Source of the DNA: Utricularia gibba
Lineage: Eukaryota; Plantae; Magnoliophyta
Direction: 5' to 3'
DNA length: 64,000 bases
Assembly: GCA_002189035.1 (NCBI GenBank)
Contig: NEEC01000013.1
Coordinates: forward strand, 1,922,001 to 1,986,000
Shown here: positions 61,700-64,000 of the stretch, one piece after another
Layout of the letters: each line of letters begins with the position of its first letter
How positions within the stretch are numbered: the first letter of the stretch is position 1
Notes under the pieces: generated by a model
The model's database searches: none
What the model was told of the DNA's origin: nothing
What the model saw: only the letters and a program-made list of their open reading frames with translations
Position numbers and translations under genes: made by a program

Positions 61700-62170
61700 A
61701 CTTTTAAAGTTTAAAATTATAAAAAAAAAAGATATCACAAATTATCAAAATCATAATGAAAATCTAAACGATTTTCAAAATTTTTTAAAATTAAATCTGT
61801 TCATAACATCTTGAATCAACTCTAATTTTAAATGCAACAAAATATCATGTTAGGATTTTTAGTATATGCATATGAAATTTGATAAATTAAATGATATTCA
61901 TGTTAAAGTTATATCACGTTTTTATATCATATGGTTCAAAATGATGATAATTATATCGTATTCATATCTCATGTGAAGTGATATCTATATCACGTCTCAT
62001 ATAATGCATTGACTTAATGATTTAAAGATCAAAATCAGTTAGTTATAATAACATGTTGAATTAAATAAGTAATTTTATAAATTCGATAGATAATTATTTA
62101 TAATAAAAATTAAATTAAAGTATTTATGATATAATTTTAATATTTAAGGATATATTTAATTAAAATTAAA
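61700..62170 (+). repeat. AT-rich dispersed repeat, copy 2
   Basis: Shares the same colinear blocks as 19600-20070; boundaries approximate. Confidence 0.6.
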
Positions 62171-62912
62171 ATTCCAATTTTTAAAATATTCGGTTGAATA
62201 TATTATGAAATAATTTAAATCTCAATTTAAAAATCATTCACGCGTCTCTGCCAATAAAATAAACAACGCTATTCTTTTCACCATTTTTACAAAGTTAAAA
62301 AGGAAAAAGGTTGTTGGAAATCCTACGGCAGGGGACCAGTGCTCCTCCACGTGTCGCCCGGTGACCGCTCTTTCTCCGGATCCAACGGCGGGAACCCTCG
62401 CGTTGCCCGCCACCACCAGCCTTTTACCTCTTTGACGGACACAGACAAGACACGTGGGGCGATTCCTTTCTTAACTTTTTCTATTTTATTTTTGTCTTTA
62501 AATTTAAAAATTAAAATAATAATATTTTTTTGCAAAAATTAAATTTAATAAATATAATATTATTCGAAATTGGAAAACGGGAATTGTCCCAAATCGGGCA
62601 TCACTAAAATTCTATTCTTTTTAGATGAAATTTGGTACAATAAAAGTTGTACTTCTATACCACTTGGATGTTGTACGATAAACTGTACGTTTTATGAGTC
62701 CATGGAATCAGTAATTAGTATCCATGTTGATTGAAAATTGTAATATAATGAGTTGCTTATGTCTTGGGGGATATATATTTTATTTTATTTTATTTTTTAA
62801 TATATAATTAATCATTAACTTAGTATAAAAGGAAAGAAAGAGAGCCGTTTGGTTCGTCCTGAAAGGTCAAAACCAGAGTGCCCCTGAAGAAGCTCAGCCT
62901 GCTCCCACAACC

Positions 62913-64000
62913 ATGGCAGTTTCGATTCCGAGCATCCCGCCGCCGTCGTCTGTTTTCTCGGCCTACGCCTCCATCTCCGCCTTCTTCTTCCTCTTACAAA
63001 CCATAATAAACCAGTTTTTTCCAAGTTGGCTTCAAGAATACCTCCGGAGCCTCATTCTCCGATGGTTCTCTCCGACGTCCCGCACCGCTGCCGTCGTCAT
63101 CGAAAGATGGGATGGAATGTCGAGGAACGAAGTGTACGATGCCGCGGAAATCTACCTCTGCGCTAAAAACCGTCTCAACGTCGGGCGCCTCAAAGTCAGT
63201 AAGCGCTCCGCAGACTCTGAAATCTCCGTGAAGTTCGCCAGATCGGAGAAGATGGGCGATTTCTTCGAGGGCGTCAGCGTTGAATGGGAGTATTTCAAGG
63301 AAGAGTCCAAAGGCGGCGCTAGATCCATGGACGAGGACGCAGATGGGTCGTCTCCTGACTCGTGCAATCACTTCTTCGAGCTCTCGTTCGACAGAGCCCA
63401 CAAGCAGAAAATCATAGATTCCTACATTCCTTTTGTGATGGAGAGGGCGAAGCTGATCACAGAAGGGAAGCGCCTCATCAAGATCCATACTTTATCTTAC
63501 TCCTACTCTATGGGCGCAAACGGTGCCTGGGATTCGACCAATCTAGACCACCCATCCACCTTCACCACCCTCGCCATGGATCCCTTTCTCAAGAAATTCA
63601 TAATCGACGATTTGGACAGGTTCCTTCATCCCTTTTTCTGGAAAGTTTGATGTCCCTGCCATGAATAGCCAGATCAGGGTTCAATATCTGGAAATATGTG
63701 TTGCAACTTTTTTCATTTTAAAGCATCTGTAGCATCTGCAGTTGAATTTTGTGTCTGCATGCTCGTGTTTTCACAATGCGCATATGCAGATTTGTTGGGA
63801 GGAAGGAGCTGTATAAGAAAGTGGGGAAGGCCTGGAAGCGGGGGTACTTGCTGTACGGCCCGCCGGGCACCGGCAAGTCGAGCTTGATCGCGGCGATCGC
63901 CAACTACCTCAAGTTCGACATCTACGACTTGGAGCTTGGGAGCGTGAGGCGCGACTCTGATCTGAGGAAGGTGCTACTAAGGACCGCCAATCGGTCCATT
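62913..64000 (+). CDS. BCS1-like AAA-ATPase, partial (runs off the window)
   Basis: N-terminal AAA-associated region (RNEVYDAAEIYL), W.STNLDHPSTFTTLAMDP.LKK.IIDDLDR|F..RKELYKKVGKAWKRGYLLYGPPGTGKSSLIAAIANYLKFDIYDLEL (Walker A). Confidence 0.95.

Noticed and set aside
1-64000. CRISPR arrays, rRNA/tRNA genes, autonomous transposase or reverse-transcriptase ORFs
   Set aside because: None seen; this is eukaryotic genic DNA, and the only repeats are TRIM/MITE-like relics, one tandem duplication and microsatellites.

Overview
Gene-dense nuclear DNA from a flowering plant (eudicot-like, short introns, AT-rich spacers); no prokaryotic features, rRNA, tRNA or CRISPR. I could reconstruct about 15 protein-coding genes: plastid phosphoglucomutase-like, DELLA, MAP70, MS1-like PHD finger, SOS1/NHX7, NPF8/PTR2, IDD zinc finger, katanin p80, DUF3755 protein, a large PHD protein, WAT1/UMAMIT, DUF177/YceD, BIG BROTHER-related E3, prefoldin 5, GRWD1/RRB1-like WD40 and a partial BCS1-like AAA-ATPase. 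Items the ORF track does not show: (1) a decayed JAZ/TIFY pseudogene (JAZ3/JAZ9 type) upstream of an atypical DELLA; (2) a second, unidentified probable pseudogene head-to-head with DUF177; (3) a complete TRIM retroelement plus two solo LTRs; (4) a ~238 bp tandem duplication just after the SOS1 stop; (5) a U12 minor intron and three GC-AG introns; (6) motif losses in DELLA, IDD and the MS1 PHD finger. Six genes each need +1 base in a G/C homopolymer to stay in frame, which most likely reflects sequencing under-calls rather than six pseudogenes. All homology calls are from recalled family motifs, not database searches.
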